Source: Octopus vulgaris (lineage: Eukaryota). Taken from it: DNA of 64,000 bases. The notes under the pieces were generated by a model, which saw nothing but the letters and a program-made list of their open reading frames with translations, searched no databases and was not told the origin of the DNA. The stretch covers positions 19,654,001 through 19,718,000 of the forward strand of contig OX597824.1 in NCBI GenBank assembly GCA_951406725.2, in the 5' to 3' direction. The position numbers and the translations under genes are program-made. Positions 27,040 to 41,499 of the stretch are shown here, one piece after another; position 1 is the stretch's first letter; every line of letters starts with the position of its first letter.

Positions 27040-27371
27040 TATGCCACTCCTGTATGTGTCTTTGTGCCGGCTGTTGGCCCATTTGTTCTAAGAGAGTTTT
27101 ATTCTACTGCCCTCGTCTGTTGGTTCATCCAGTATTGTGGAGAGGAAGATGTCTGGTTCCTTTTCGAAGACATCTACTTCCACCTTATGCAGATTTCTAA
27201 ACAATTTCTTGCAGGGCATTGAAGAGCTGTGGCCCTTTGAAGCTTTCAAGCCTAGAATTTAAATAGAGTGGATTGTACTTTTGGCAAAACACAATGGCGC
27301 CCAGTTCTGGCATTTGTATATCACTCAATGCTGAAATTAGGGTACTAATTAGCCTTTCTAGAGTTTTCCAT
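27040..27371 (-). mobile_element. CR1-group LINE 3' fragment
   Basis: Minus-strand translation WKTLE...VPNFSI...NARTGRHC...SFKGPQLFNAL...RNLHKVEVDVF...IFLSTILDEPT...NSLLEQM. Confidence 0.7.
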
Positions 27372-27434
27372 ATGTATATATATATTCATACATACATACA
27401 TATACACATATATTTATATGTAAATATATGTATG

Positions 27435-27480
<46 letters not shown>

Positions 27481-27574
27481 TTTATATGTAAATATATGTA
27501 TGTATGTATGTACATACATATATATATATATACATATATATTTATATGTAAATATATATATGTATGTATATATG

Positions 27575-27640
<66 letters not shown>

Positions 27641-27784
27641 TATATGTATATATATTATTTTATAAGCTTATAGCTTATAATCGATCACCGCGCAATGACT
27701 AAAGAAAATAGACTTTTATATATATATATGTATATATATATATTTATATTTATATGTAAATATATGTATGTATGTATGTATGTA

Positions 27785-27833
<49 letters not shown>

Positions 27834-27910
27834 GTATATATATGTATATATATTATTTTATAAGCTTATAGCTTATAATCGATCACCGCACAATGACTAA
27901 AAAGAAAATA

Positions 27911-27962
<52 letters not shown>

Positions 27963-28185
27963 ATTCTCTCGTCACGGACGACAAATTAGAGTTCAGTAAA
28001 TTAAAGCATTGATTATGTTCTATGGACGGGAACGTGTCCCTTGAGGACTGCTGGAACCTAGCAAAACGTTTGGTAAATGGAACCAATTCGGGACTCACTT
28101 TGCTTGAGTGCTTGTGGATCATTTACTATGAGTTGTCTTGACAGGAGCAGTGTTTTGCCAGCGTGCCTTCATATATACATGGAGA

Positions 28186-28485
28186 GGGGAGTGGCTTAGT
28201 TGTTAGAGCATTCGGCCCACGATCTCTCGATCGTGAGTTCAATTCCCAACGACTGGTGGAGCCCTTGAGCAAGGCGTTTTATATCCGTTGCTCCCGTCCA
28301 CTCACCTGGCAAATATGATTAGCAGCTGTATTTCAAAAAGCCAGCCTTGTCACAATCTGTATCGTGCTGAATCGCCTCGAGAATTATGTTAAGGGGACTC
28401 GTGTCTGTAGATTGCTCCACCATTTGCATGTTAATTTCGCAAGGATCAACTGGGACCCGCATCGTCATAATCGAAGGAGTGCCAG
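28186..28485 (+). mobile_element. SINE family C
   Basis: TGGCTTAGTTG A box, GAGTTCAATTCC B box, CCTTGAGCAAGG, and a tail shared with 12980-13275. Confidence 0.8.
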
Positions 28486-28617
28486 GTATATATATATGTA
28501 AGCGCGTTTGTGTGTGTGTGTATTTAAATTGATGTAATGATTGCAATGTTCGATTAAATGGAGTCGCTTGAAACGGTCGTACTGCATTACTAATTGATAT
28601 TCTGTTCCTTATTTCGA

Positions 28618-28708
<91 letters not shown>

Positions 28709-28977
28709 CATATATCTATATACATATATATATATGTATATACACACACACACACACATATATATATATAAGGAACACAAAAGATGGAACAAGAGCGTAA
28801 CAGGTAACAGCAAAACACCCGGACAGTTAGACAATACAAAAAAGGACAGGAAAAAACAATGACGGGTCATTCGGAGATTTTTATCTTCAGTCGAGTTCCA
28901 GACCATCGTTGCAGCTTCGGCCGGTTACACTCCAGACTGCTCCAATCTGGCCGGCCCCATGAAAACTAAGATAAGAG

Positions 28978-29200
28978 CGCGGTCGTAGGACAGTGGTTTC
29001 GATTCCCAGACCGGGCGTTGTGAATGTTTATTGAGCGACAACACTTAAAGCTCCACGAGGCTCCGACAGGGAATGGTGGAGAACCCTGCTGTACTTTTTC
29101 ACCACAACTTTCTCCCACTCTATCTTCCTGTTTCTGTTGTACTTGTATTTCAAAAGGCCAGCCTTGTCACACTCTGTGTCACGCTGAATCTCCCCGAGAA
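28978..29200 (+). mobile_element. Chimeric SINE with family D head/body and family C tail
   Basis: ggtttcgattcccagacc...ctgctgtact...cacaactttc matches family D; tgtatttcaaaaggccagccttgtcac...gctgaatc matches family C. Confidence 0.7.
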
Positions 29201-29229
29201 ATTTATATAAACATATATATATATATCAG

Positions 29230-29772
29230 CGTGATCACCGTGACCGACCAGGCTATCAGATGTTGCTACACATCGCTGGTCACAATGCGCTTCGCATTGT
29301 TTTAGCCTTCAAATGATACCACCCCGCTGGCTAAGCGAGCAGGCCAACAGAAGAAAGAGTGAGGGAAAGTTGTGGCGAAAGAGTACAGCAGGGATCGCCA
29401 CCATCCCCTTCCGGAGCATCGTGGAGATTTAGGTTGTTTTCGTAAGAGAGTCCAGTTTGCTGGACATTGTTGTAGAGCTGAAAAAGAGGTAATTTCTACT
29501 CTTCTCCTCTGGAAGCCATCTACTCGCAATACCAGAGGGTGCACACTCTCCTACCCTGATGTAATCTCCAGGGATACAGGCATCCAGCAACAGGACCTCC
29601 GTAATGCCATGATGGACCGTGAAGTCTGGCGTAGCATGGTAAATTCCATTGTCTCGACCACGGTCAAACAAAACAAAATAAAATTGTTTTCGCTCAATAA
29701 ACACTCACAACACCTGGTCTGGGAATCGAAACCGCGATCCTACGACCACGAGTCCACTACCCTAACCACTGG

Positions 29773-29777
<5 letters not shown>
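29230..29777 (-). mobile_element. tRNA-derived SINE family D interrupted by an RTE insertion
   Basis: Minus-strand head TGGCCCAGTGGTTAGG...GGTTTCGATTCCC; the body resumes across the insert. Confidence 0.8.
29443..29683 (+). mobile_element. RTE-clade LINE 3' fragment with TSD
   Basis: RVQFAGHCCRAEKEVISTLLLWKP...RG..LSYPDVISRD...AMMDREVWRSMV; A-rich tail; TSD TTGTTTTCG at 29434-29442 and 29684-29692. Confidence 0.85.
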
Positions 29778-29809
<32 letters not shown>

Positions 29810-29810
29810 T

Positions 29811-29869
<59 letters not shown>

Positions 29870-29870
29870 T

Positions 29871-29933
<63 letters not shown>

Positions 29934-30542
29934 ATATGTGTGTATGTATGTATGTATGTATATATATGTGTGTGTGTGTATAGGAGTTCTTTGATTTTTG
30001 TTACTGTATGACACACACACATACACACACGCATATACACGCAGATAGACACGCTCATATAAAGACACATACAAACTCACACACATACACACACACGCTC
30101 ACATATAAGTAAACATACACACACACACACACACACACAAACACATGGTCGCATATAGGCACGCACGCACACGCACACACACACACACACACACACGCTC
30201 TGATTGAGGGATTGGGAAGAAAAAACAGAGCGAAACCATTTGTAATAAGAGACAGAGAAAGAAAGAAAGAAAGAGAAAGAGATAGAGAGAGAGAGAGAGG
30301 GGAGAGAGATTAACTAACAATGTGAGTAACAAAGAGAGAAGAACAGAGAGACACAGAGCTTGGGAGGGAGGGAGGGAGGGAGAGAGAGAGGAGGAGGGAA
30401 AAGGGAGAGAGGTGCGAGTAATGATTCGTTGGGTAATTAGAGATAAGTCTTGTGTCTTTAACAGGAACATAACTGGTTTCATGCGTGATGCTACTGTGCT
30501 GGCAGTCAGGCATGCAGACACTGAGAGACTTAGAGAACTGGT

Positions 30543-30577
<35 letters not shown>

Positions 30578-30759
30578 ATGGATGGATGGATGGATGGATG
30601 GATGGATGGATGGATGGATGGATGGATGGCTATTACGTCGGAGGGCTGGTTGGTGCCGTAAATAGGTAGATGTAAGGTATGTATGGATGCATGCATAATT
30701 CTCACATGCATACAAGCATTTGATGGTTACAAGGGCAGAGGTATAATTTTAGGGATTTC

Positions 30760-30818
<59 letters not shown>

Positions 30819-30824
30819 GGATAG

Positions 30825-30870
<46 letters not shown>

Positions 30871-30871
30871 G

Positions 30872-30928
<57 letters not shown>

Positions 30929-30954
30929 TGATAGATAGATAGATAATAGAGATG

Positions 30955-31102
<148 letters not shown>

Positions 31103-31322
31103 CGTCATGAACGCCATGGTAGATCGTCAGATCCCACACGCATTTTTTTTCTCTCCTTGTTTCTCTCCTTGTTTTTTTTTCTGTGTATCTTTCTGTCGAA
31201 GAGCGTAGGCTCGAAACGTAAAAGACTTGTTCTATTTCTATTCCTGAGCGCCATACTAATACATTTGTTTGTTTGTACTCCACCTGCCTTCGTCTTTTGT
31301 TTATTTTCGTAAACCTTCCCGT

Positions 31323-31323
<1 letters not shown>
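31103..31323 (+). mobile_element. HHR family 1 element in (TAGA)n; hammerhead-like motif at 31188-31225
   Basis: TCTTT-CTGTCGA-A-GAGC gtag GCTC-GAA-ACGT-A-AAAGA; near-identical to 5895-6111. Confidence 0.7.
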
Positions 31324-31364
<41 letters not shown>

Positions 31365-31496
31365 TAGACTGGTGAATTAACACAGACAGACGGATTCTAT
31401 GATTTCATTTCGTGATACAAAACTTTTTAACACGAGATAAAAATTTTATTCATTCAAAGCACAGAAAATGTGTACATTAAGTGTGTCTGTCAGTCT

Positions 31497-31548
<52 letters not shown>

Positions 31549-31738
31549 TCTCTCCCTCTCTGGCTCTCTCGCTCTTTCTCAATGTAGATCCGGGCACTTT
31601 CACTTAATGACACATACTTGGACACTGCTTACAGCTTAGTGGTGTTCCATATAATTCTCAATATGTGTGCGCGTTTGTGGGTGGGGGCAGGTACGTCTGT
31701 GTGGGTGGGTATCTGTGTGTGTATAAATAGTATATATA

Positions 31739-31860
<122 letters not shown>

Positions 31861-32138
31861 TTTTATAAACGTAGCGTTGCTCCTTAAACTTATTAACAGA
31901 CACACACACACAGACGCACAGGAAAATTTGAATACACACACACACACACACGCACGCACGCACGCGCACACGTACATTTATGCGTGCATGTGTGCATGTG
32001 CGCGTCTTTTGACAAAACCCACTGCGTTGGAGTGACTCCCAGTCATCAACAAAGAACAACATCATTTTCCTGGCGGATTTTCCCTCGATTGTGCTTTAGA
32101 AGTCATTACATATTACTTTGTACATACATGCATGCAGG

Positions 32139-32224
<86 letters not shown>

Positions 32225-32326
32225 TACAAACATACATACATACACATGCAAACATGTATATGTGTATATATATATATATATACATAATATACAAATATAT
32301 TGATGTTTACATATGCATACACACAA

Positions 32327-32429
<103 letters not shown>

Positions 32430-32497
32430 ATATTTGATATAAATATATCATGCGTATTATATACTAATAAACGTATGTATACATGCAGATATATATA

Positions 32498-32530
<33 letters not shown>

Positions 32531-32579
32531 ATGTATACATATATATATATATATACATATATGTATGTATATACATATA

Positions 32580-32655
<76 letters not shown>

Positions 32656-33313
32656 CACACATATATAGCATGTGCATGATTTTCATGTTTATGATTGATA
32701 TATATATATATATATATATATATACACGCATACATACATACACACAGTTGTGCATTTGCAAAACAAAGACAGACAGACAGACAGACAGACAGGCACACGT
32801 ACACATGCAGTGAAAGAGACAGAGAGAGAGAGAGAGAGAGAAAGGGAGAGAGAGATGAAGGGAGGGAGGGAGGGAGAGAGGGAGAGTGTGGTGTTAAATG
32901 CGAGTGATGATTTGGAGATAGCAGCAGCAGCAGCAGCAGCAGCATTAACAGACAATAAAAGCGAAAAGCTGGAAGAATGTGGAACGATATACAACAATGG
33001 TAAATAACGGAGGCGGTGGGCACTAATTACGTAATAAAAACGAAACCAGTGCGATGTGCGTTTGCGTGGTCTTCGCCTGTGCGCGCGTAAGTGTACGTGT
33101 GCGTACGTATGCCTCTGTGTGTGTGTGTGTGTGTGAGTGAGTAAGAAGAGAGAGAGAGAGAGAGAGCGAAAGAGAGAGAGAGAGAGAGAGAAATACAAGA
33201 GAATGAGAGCCGTGTATGAAATTTGGCGTGGATTAGGTTTAGTATTTGCTTGTCTCACACAGATACAGTTGCGGTATGTAATACAGATATATAGAACTGA
33301 ATTTGTAAGACTG

Positions 33314-33601
<288 letters not shown>

Positions 33602-33625
33602 CATACATACATACGTATATATATG

Positions 33626-33672
<47 letters not shown>

Positions 33673-33734
33673 GTACATACGTATATATATGTATATATAT
33701 ATATGTGTGTGTATGTATGTATATATATATGTAC

Positions 33735-33938
33735 TGTTTTACTCTAATACTTGTTCCAGTCATTTGACTGCGGCCATGCTGGAGCACCGCATTTTAGTCG
33801 AGCAAATTGACCCCCATGACTTATTCTTTGTAAGCCTAGCACTTTATTCTATCGGTCTTCTTTTGCCGAACCGCTAGATTACAGGGACGTAAACACACCA
33901 GTCTCGGTTGTCAAGCGATGTTGGGGGAACAAACACGG

Positions 33939-33981
<43 letters not shown>

Positions 33982-34116
33982 CATATATACGACGGGTTTC
34001 TTTCAGTTTCCGTCTACCAAATCCACTCACAAGGCTCTGGTCGCCCAAGGTGCCACGCAGTGGGACTGAACCCGGAACCATGTGGTTGGTAAGCAAGCTA
34101 CTTACCACACAGCCAC
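33735..34116 (-). mobile_element. SINE family A with an internal deletion
   Basis: Consensus match. Confidence 0.9.
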
Positions 34117-34136
34117 TTACACACACACACACACAT

Positions 34137-34176
<40 letters not shown>

Positions 34177-34218
34177 GCACATACAGACCAGTTATATATA
34201 TATATATATGTATGTATG

Positions 34219-34269
<51 letters not shown>

Positions 34270-34425
34270 GGCTGTGTGGTAAGTAGCTAGTTTACCAACT
34301 ACATGGTTCCGAGTTCAGTTCCACTGCATGGCGCCTTCGGCAAGTGTCTTCTACAATAGCCTCAGGCCGACCAAAGCCTTGTGAGTGAATTTGGTAGACG
34401 GAAACTGAAAGAAGCCCGTCGAATA
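34270..34425 (+). mobile_element. SINE family A, 5' half
   Basis: Head, CORE-like segment and gaagcccgtcg. Confidence 0.85.
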
Positions 34426-34530
34426 TGTGTGTGTATACAGAGATAGACAGATAGGTAGATAGATATTATACATATAAACATTTATTTACACACACACACA
34501 TTTTTCTTTATGCCTGTGTGTGCGCGTGCG

Positions 34531-34582
<52 letters not shown>

Positions 34583-35089
34583 ACAGACGTAGGCCAACCG
34601 CTATGGTTGAGAAATTTAAGAAGTTCTTTTCGAAGCCACGTGGTTCCGGGTTGGTTCATCCACTAGAAGGTATCGAACCCCGAACCGGGTGACCTTTCAC
34701 TGTAATCTGGCATTGAGCAATAGTTTGGCATCGGAATTCGGTGGAAAGAAATATGATATCGGGGGTGAGTGAGGGTCACTGAAAATTCTAATTGAAATAT
34801 TATAGTAAGGAAAACTAAATGAATAACAATACGGTGACGTTGTTCATAATGATGATGACGATATTCATGTAGACGACGACGATTATGATGATGATGATGA
34901 TGATGAAGATGGCGACAGCGTTGATGGTGGTAGTGGTGTGCTGCTGCTGCTGATGATGATGAGGAGGAGGATGACGCTGATGGAGGAGAAATTTGATGAT
35001 GTCGACGCTGAAGCTGATACTGATGATGATGTTGATGATGATGATGACCATTAATCAAGATGATCAACACGACGATGAAAATAATAACG

Positions 35090-35245
35090 ATGCTTTCAAA
35101 TTTTTGCCACAAGGACAGCTTAGGGGAGAGGATTAAGTCGATTACGTCGGTCCCCAGTGCATTACTAGTACTTTTTTTAATCGACCCCGAGAGGATGAAA
35201 CGCAAGGTCGACCCCGGCGGAATTTGAACTCAGAACGTAGCGAAT
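35090..35245 (-). mobile_element. SINE family B, 3' part
   Basis: Reverse complement of gttctgagttcaaattccgcc...ggtcgac...tttcatcc...ggggtcgat. Confidence 0.78.
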
Positions 35246-35352
35246 GGTTTCATTTATTTGCCACGAGGGCGAAAGATGAGTGGGACAGTCCATAACAGTC
35301 TTAAGTTTTGGGATTTATATAAAATGAGATGCTAAAATAAAAATAAAAAAAT

Positions 35353-35497
35353 TGGTAAGTTGCTTGCTTACCAACCACATGGTTCTGGGTTCAGTCCCAC
35401 TGCGTGGCACCTAGGGCAAGTGTCTTCTACTATAGCCTCGGGCCGACCAAAGCCTTGTGAGTGGATTTGGTAGACGGAAACTGAAAGAAGCCCGTCG

Positions 35498-35533
<36 letters not shown>

Positions 35534-35765
35534 CATATGTATGTATGTCTGTATGTGTATGTCTGTGTGTCTGTGTTTGTCCCCCCCAACATCGCTTGAC
35601 AACCGATGCTGGTGAGTTTACGTCCCCGTCACTCAGCACTTCGACAAGAGAGACCGATAGAATAAGTACTAGGCTTACAAAGAATAAGTCCTGGGGTCGA
35701 TTTGCTCGACTAAAGGTGGTGCTCCAGCATGACCGCTGTCAAATGACTGAAACAAATAAAAGAAT
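35353..35765 (+). mobile_element. SINE family A
   Basis: Consensus match. Confidence 0.92.
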
Positions 35766-35769
35766 ATAC

Positions 35770-36045
35770 GGTATACAGTGAAAAGGAAGGGAAATTTTCG
35801 TAGAATACAAAGGCTAATAAGAAAAACGATAGTAGAAATGTAGCTTTCCTGACACACGATGACCCCTAGAGATAATCGAAGAACCCTACCGTCCAAGATC
35901 TCCCTGAACATCAAAGGAAACTGCCCTCTCCAATTCCCTTTCTACGACTCACAAGTCTACACTTAGAGAAGTACCCTCCACTCTTTCCATTTTCGCAACC
36001 TTCACCCGCCTTTTAATAGATTCACTTGCCTCTCTACCCTCAGTC
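35770..36045 (-). mobile_element. Probable L1/Tx1-group LINE 3' end
   Basis: Minus strand RVERQV...KRRVKVAKMERVEGTSLSVDL* resembles WVNVARMARTNDEATLSIIL* at 46450; clade assignment tentative. Confidence 0.4.
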
Positions 36046-36049
36046 ATGA

Positions 36050-36222
36050 AAATCTTCCGCCTGTCATTTGTCCGTCGTTACGTTCTGTGTTCAAATTCCG
36101 CCGAGGTCGACAGCACTTTTCATCCTTCCGTGTTCGATAAAAGAAGTACCAGCCAAGCACTAGGGTTCGTGTAATCGACTTATCTTCACTCCAGCCCCTT
36201 GTGCTAAAATTTGAAACCTTAC
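36050..36222 (+). mobile_element. SINE family B, partial
   Basis: tacgttctgtgttcaaattccgccgaggtcgac...tttcatccttc...gataaaagaagtacc. Confidence 0.78.
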
Positions 36223-36244
36223 GATAATCGCCATGATGACGACG

Positions 36245-36584
36245 AGTAACGGGTAAAGACACCCTTCGATCATAAATGACCATAGAATTGCACCTAGAAA
36301 GTACCCCTCCCAGGCACAAGTCCGGGCAAGGTTGTTTATGGAAGACCGGCAGTCGCCCATACATACCAGCCTCCGCTCTCCACGCCACCGATGTTATCCA
36401 AGGGAAAGGCCGATACAGCTTGGCACCCGTGACATTGCAACTCATTTCTACAGCTGAGAGAACTGGAGCAATGTGAAATAAAGTGTCTTGCTCAAGAACA
36501 CAACACACAGCACGGTCCCGGGACCGAACTCATTACTTTATGATTGTGAGCCCGACATTCTAACCACTGAGCTATGCACCTTCA
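36245..36584 (-). mobile_element. tRNA-derived CORE-like SINE family E (family C head and core, different tail)
   Basis: Minus strand TAGCTCAGTGGTTAG...GAGTTCGGTCCC...CTTGAGCAAGACACTTTATTTCAC; ends ATGGTCATTTATGATCGAAGGGTGTCTTTACC. Confidence 0.78.
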
Positions 36585-36593
36585 CGACAACGT

Positions 36594-36655
<62 letters not shown>

Positions 36656-36743
36656 GTTTGATTGATTGATTGAGGTGTTGAGCTGGCAGAATCGTTTGCA
36701 CGCCATGCTAAAATGCTTAACGGCATTTCGCCCGTTGCGTGAG

Positions 36744-37172
36744 ATGGTGATCTCATATCAAGGTAAATAGCGCATGACATTGCAGGTGGGGCCCAGTTAG
36801 AATTTTCTTCTGGTCGAGTAGCCCATCCCGCTCAAAAGGTCCCTGAATAAGGTTTTGTTTAAGGATGTTGAACGAACCACCTATGTTTCCAAAGGTGAAT
36901 TATCCAAACCTCCAAGAATCCCTCTCAACACATGGCTATGATGTTCCCCCACTACTTCTGCTCGTGATCAGAGATGCACATATCGTCAGCCACTAAGGGA
37001 CATGCTCAACTGGTTAAGGTCAAACAAATGACAAGCAAATCTGTGGTATTGAGCAGAATATTTGCTGTAGCCCATCTTTTATACCAAGACAAAACAATGT
37101 ACAAGGTTAACTTCCAATCAGTTAAGATCAGAAGCCACGAGAGCCATTGCCTGGTACTGCATCAGGGCATTT
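36744..37172 (-). mobile_element. (AAT)n-associated ~560-bp element, partial
   Basis: Reverse complement of 44376-44934; abuts (ATT)n on one side. Confidence 0.85.
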
Positions 37173-37179
37173 ATTATTA

Positions 37180-37237
<58 letters not shown>

Positions 37238-37238
<1 letters not shown>

Positions 37239-37369
37239 GAGTGAGAGAGCAGAATATTTGCTGAAGCCCATCTTTTGTACCAAGACAAAACAATGTACAT
37301 GATAACACTTCCAGTCAGTTAAGATGAGAAGCCACGAGAGCCACTGCCTAGTACTGCATCAGGGCATTT
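37238..37369 (-). mobile_element. (AAT)n-associated element, internally deleted with both termini retained
   Basis: Deletion junction lies at a GAGCAG microhomology; (ATT)n on both sides. Confidence 0.8.
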
Positions 37370-37380
37370 ATTATTATTGC

Positions 37381-37413
<33 letters not shown>

Positions 37414-37810
37414 AGTTACTATTGTTGTATTGATAAAAGAAAAATACCAATCAATTACTGAGCTCAGCTAATCCCTCAAATCTCAAAATTGCTGCCCTCG
37501 CATCAAAATTACCAAAACTGTTATTGTTGTCTTTGTCGCCATAGCTATTGTTGTGGTTCCTCACAAATACAAGAGAAGGGGGCGGGGTTTAAGGAGGAAA
37601 AACAAACAAACGAACGAACAAACGAACAAACGAACAAACAAATAAAAGAAAAGCAGGTCACGATATAAAACTAGTGTACCCCTGACCCCCACGCCTGTCT
37701 ACCCGTCCAAATGGATTTACTTACAATGAACCAACAATAAGGGTATCTTCTGATGGAATGATATCAGAAGGAAGATCAATGAAATATGAGGCAATCTATT
37801 AGATACATAC

Positions 37811-37857
<47 letters not shown>

Positions 37858-37918
37858 TGTGTGTGTATGTGTGTGAGTGTGTGTATGTGTGTGTATGTGT
37901 GTGAGTGTGTGTGTATGT

Positions 37919-37959
<41 letters not shown>

Positions 37960-38005
37960 TGTGTATGTGTGTGTGTGTGAGTGTGTGTGTGTGAGTGTGT
38001 GTGAG

Positions 38006-38047
<42 letters not shown>

Positions 38048-38329
38048 TGAGTGTATGTGAGTGTGTGTGTGAGTGTGTGTGTGTGAGTGTGTGTGTATGT
38101 GTGTGTGTGTATGTGTGTGTGAGTGTTTGTGTATGTGTGTATGTGTGTGTGTGTGTGTGTGTGTGAGTGTGTGTGTGAGTGTGTGTGTGTGAGTGTGTGT
38201 GTGTGAGTGTGTGTGTATGTGTGTGTGTGTGTGTTTATATATGTTCAATATCATGTGAGTAAGGCTCTCAAAGCGTGTTCATTCCATCTAGTAATATAAT
38301 TTTGTTTTGTTGGTAAAATATATTATATA

Positions 38330-38498
38330 TACTCTTTTACTCTGTTACTTGTTTCAGTCATTTGACTGCAGCCATGCTGGAGCACCGACTTTAGTTGAGC
38401 AAACCGACCCCAGGACTTATTCTTTTTGAGCTTAGTACTTCTCCTATCGGTCTCTTTTTTACAGGGACTTAAACACACCAGCATCGGTTGTCAAACGA

Positions 38499-38568
<70 letters not shown>

Positions 38569-38732
38569 CGACAGGCTTCTTTTAGTTTCCGTCAACCAAA
38601 TCTACTCACAAGGCTTTGGTCGGCCTGAGGCTATAGTAGAAGAGACTTGCCCAAAGTGCCACGCAGTGGGACTGAACCCGGAACCACGTGGTTGGTAAGC
38701 AAGCTACTTACCACACAGCCACTCCTGCGCCT
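38330..38732 (-). mobile_element. SINE family A
   Basis: Consensus match. Confidence 0.9.
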
Positions 38733-38908
38733 ATCAGCCGAAATTGCGAGGATGATCCGGTTCTTGACTGAAGATTAGAGGCTTCGAATGACCCGTCCGT
38801 TTTTTGTGGAATGGGTCTCATGTAGCTGATGGATCCTCGTACACCTGAGCATTGTATACAATACGTTCATAATTTTATTATTATTATTATTATTATTATT
38901 ATCATTGC

Positions 38909-38959
<51 letters not shown>

Positions 38960-38960
<1 letters not shown>

Positions 38961-39334
38961 GAGTGCATGCCATCAAAGTGACACTGGTGTAAAATAAACG
39001 AAGCTCAGTATACCCATCACGACTACACCTCTCACAAGGGTACACCAGGCGCATACGTTACAACCATATGTGCGTGAGACTCAAAGGGTCTCTGAATAAG
39101 GTTTGTTTAAGGATGTTGAACAAACCACCCATGTTTCCAGAGGTGTATTATCCAAACCCCCAAAGAATTCATCTCAACACACAGCTATGATTCTCCTCCA
39201 CTATTTATGCCCTTGATCAGAGATGCACATATCGTCAGCCACTAAGAGACATACTCAACTGGTTAAGGTCAAACAACCGACAAGCAAATCTGTGGTATTG
39301 AGCAGAATATTTGCTGTAGCCCATCTTTTACACC

Positions 39335-39335
<1 letters not shown>
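38960..39335 (-). mobile_element. (AAT)n-associated element, partial
   Basis: Homology to 44376-44934; (ATT)n on both sides. Confidence 0.85.
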
Positions 39336-39366
<31 letters not shown>

Positions 39367-39380
39367 GTTATTATTATTAT

Positions 39381-39975
39381 AAAAGCCGCAAGCTGACAAA
39401 ATTGTTAGCCCACCGGGCGAAATGCTTAGCGGTATTTCGCCCGTCGCCACGTTCTGAGTTCAAATTCCACCGAGGTCGATAAAATAAGTACCAATTGAAC
39501 ATGTCATCGTTTCATCCTCAAGCAGTCCTTGTAGCAAACATTTGAAATAATAATAATAACAATAATTATGATTAAGGCGGTGAGCTGGCAGAATCGTTAG
39601 CACGCTGGGAGAAATGCTTAGCGGTATTTCATCTGATCTTTACGTTCTGAGTTTTGATTCCGTCGAGGTCGACTTTGCTTTCATCCTTTCGGGGTGGATA
39701 AATTAAGTACCAGCTGAGTACTGGGGTTAATCTAATCAACTGGCCCCGAAAAAAATTTCGGGCTTTGTGCCCAGAGTAGAAAAGGATCGTTAGCACGCCG
39801 CTTAGCGGTTTTTCGTCTGTTTTCTTGTTCTGAGTTCAAATGCTGCCGGGGTTGACTTTGCCTTTCATCCTTTCAGGGGTCGATAAATTAAGTACCAGTT
39901 GAGCACTAGGGTCGGTCTAATCGACTTACTCCCTCCCCCAAAATTCCAAGCCTTGTGCCTTTATTTGAAGGGATT
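39381..39975 (+). mobile_element. Three tandem SINE family B copies (~39381-39545, 39573-39785, 39786-39975)
   Basis: AAGGCGGTGAGCTGGCAGAATCGTTAG head, GAGTTCAAAT B box, GGTCGACTTTGCCTTTCATCCTTTCGGGG-type central domain. Confidence 0.85.
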
Positions 39976-39982
39976 ATTATTA

Positions 39983-40495
39983 TCTATATATATAAAACTG
40001 TAGTTGTGTGAGTGTCTGTCCCCTTCGATTTAGATTCCTAACTACTCCCACATTTTGCGGTGCAGTTTAACCAAATTCGGGTATCTTATAGTCGTGATTC
40101 ATATCGAGCCCGTCTGAGTATTAGCGCGCGTCTACGATGAGTCTACGATTTTAAAAATAATTTAACATCATTTTTTATTCCATTTTAATGCATAATTTTT
40201 CGTGTGTCGATGGCGGCGGAGTTGGCGTCCATGGTCACACCTGCACCTGTTTGCTTCTCCCCCTTCTTCCCTCCCTCGTGAAGCTGTGGGGAAGGGAGTA
40301 TAAGGAAATCAACGTCGTAAAGCGTTGTCAAGGAGACCAGCGTTCTTTTAGAACAACGACTTCATGGCTTGAAGACACCAAAACAGAAATGGCTAAGAAA
40401 GCCCGAATTGGCATCTATAAGGGAAGTAACTCTCTAAAAATGCTTATATAGTTATTTCCCTTACAAACCCGAGCAACGCCGGGCGATACTGCTAG
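39983..40495 (+). mobile_element. Non-autonomous Helitron
   Basis: A|TCTATATATATAAAAC start; CCCGAGCAACGCCGGG hairpin followed by CTAG|T end; last ~70 bp shared with 22115-22490. Confidence 0.87.
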
Positions 40496-40714
40496 TTATT
40501 AATATTATTATATATGATGTATTGACGCCACGGAAATATGTCCTGCGTATCACATTTGATACAAAAGGGGGAGATAAAGGGTTAAATAAGCAAAGATGCA
40601 ACTAGTATGACAGAGAAGGGTAACATTCATGTAATTCTGGGGCCCGTCAACCCTTAATTCTAGTCAGAATGTTACAAGAGACTCTTTGAATAATTACTAG
40701 TACAGTCGATCCAA

Positions 40715-40875
40715 GAGGATTCCACAAAGTTTCCTTGACATCAATTTCACCCAGGAAGCTTGAATCGACTCAACGTGTCAGTGAAATATAATTGACCGAG
40801 ATACACGCATTGGGATCGAAACGGCGAACTAGCGATCGCGAAGCAAGCCGCTTAACCATCAAGCCATGCCTGCAT
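40715..40875 (-). mobile_element. Old tRNA-derived SINE head and body (family A-like)
   Basis: Minus strand TGGCTTGATGGTTAAG...GTTTCGATCCC, then a degenerate family-A-like body. Confidence 0.55.
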
Positions 40876-41247
40876 TCTCCATTCAGTCCCAATGCGCATT
40901 TATAATTTTCAATGTAATGTTTTCTTTGTGGTTTTTTTTTTTTTTAATTTGTTTTTACTGGTTTCACTTATTTCATTGCGACCAGGCTGGGGCATTGCCC
41001 TGAAAAGAATTTTAAAAGATCGAGTACACAGACTGATGCGCGCACGCACATAAACACAATTCACACCCTGATGTTGTCTCTCCTTGAGCCCCAGAACGTA
41101 TGTTGTTTTTAAACCCTGATACATAATTCTATCATTCGCTTATGCTGAACTGCTATATCATGAGTACACGAACAAACCAACATTGGCTGCTGAGCAGTAG
41201 GGGGAGGCGCAAACACAGACACAACGACACACACTCACACACACACA

Positions 41248-41280
<33 letters not shown>

Positions 41281-41499
41281 ACACACACACATATATATGT
41301 AAGAAGAATGCTTCCCAACCACATTGGCACCTTGGGTAAGTATCTTTAGAGTACAGTGTCTTTTATATATATATATATTGTCCTGTTCTTGTTACCACTC
41401 AAAAAGTCCCAAATTTTATTTTATTTGCTTTGCAGGAAGGACTGTTTCAACGAAGTCGCATATTGTCCTTGCCTTCACACTTGTCCTTGCCTTCACACT

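Noticed and set aside
29693-29777. tRNA genes (also 12980, 28186, 36510-36584, 40805-40870)
   Set aside because: A/B boxes are present but there is no complete cloverleaf, and each continues into a SINE body.
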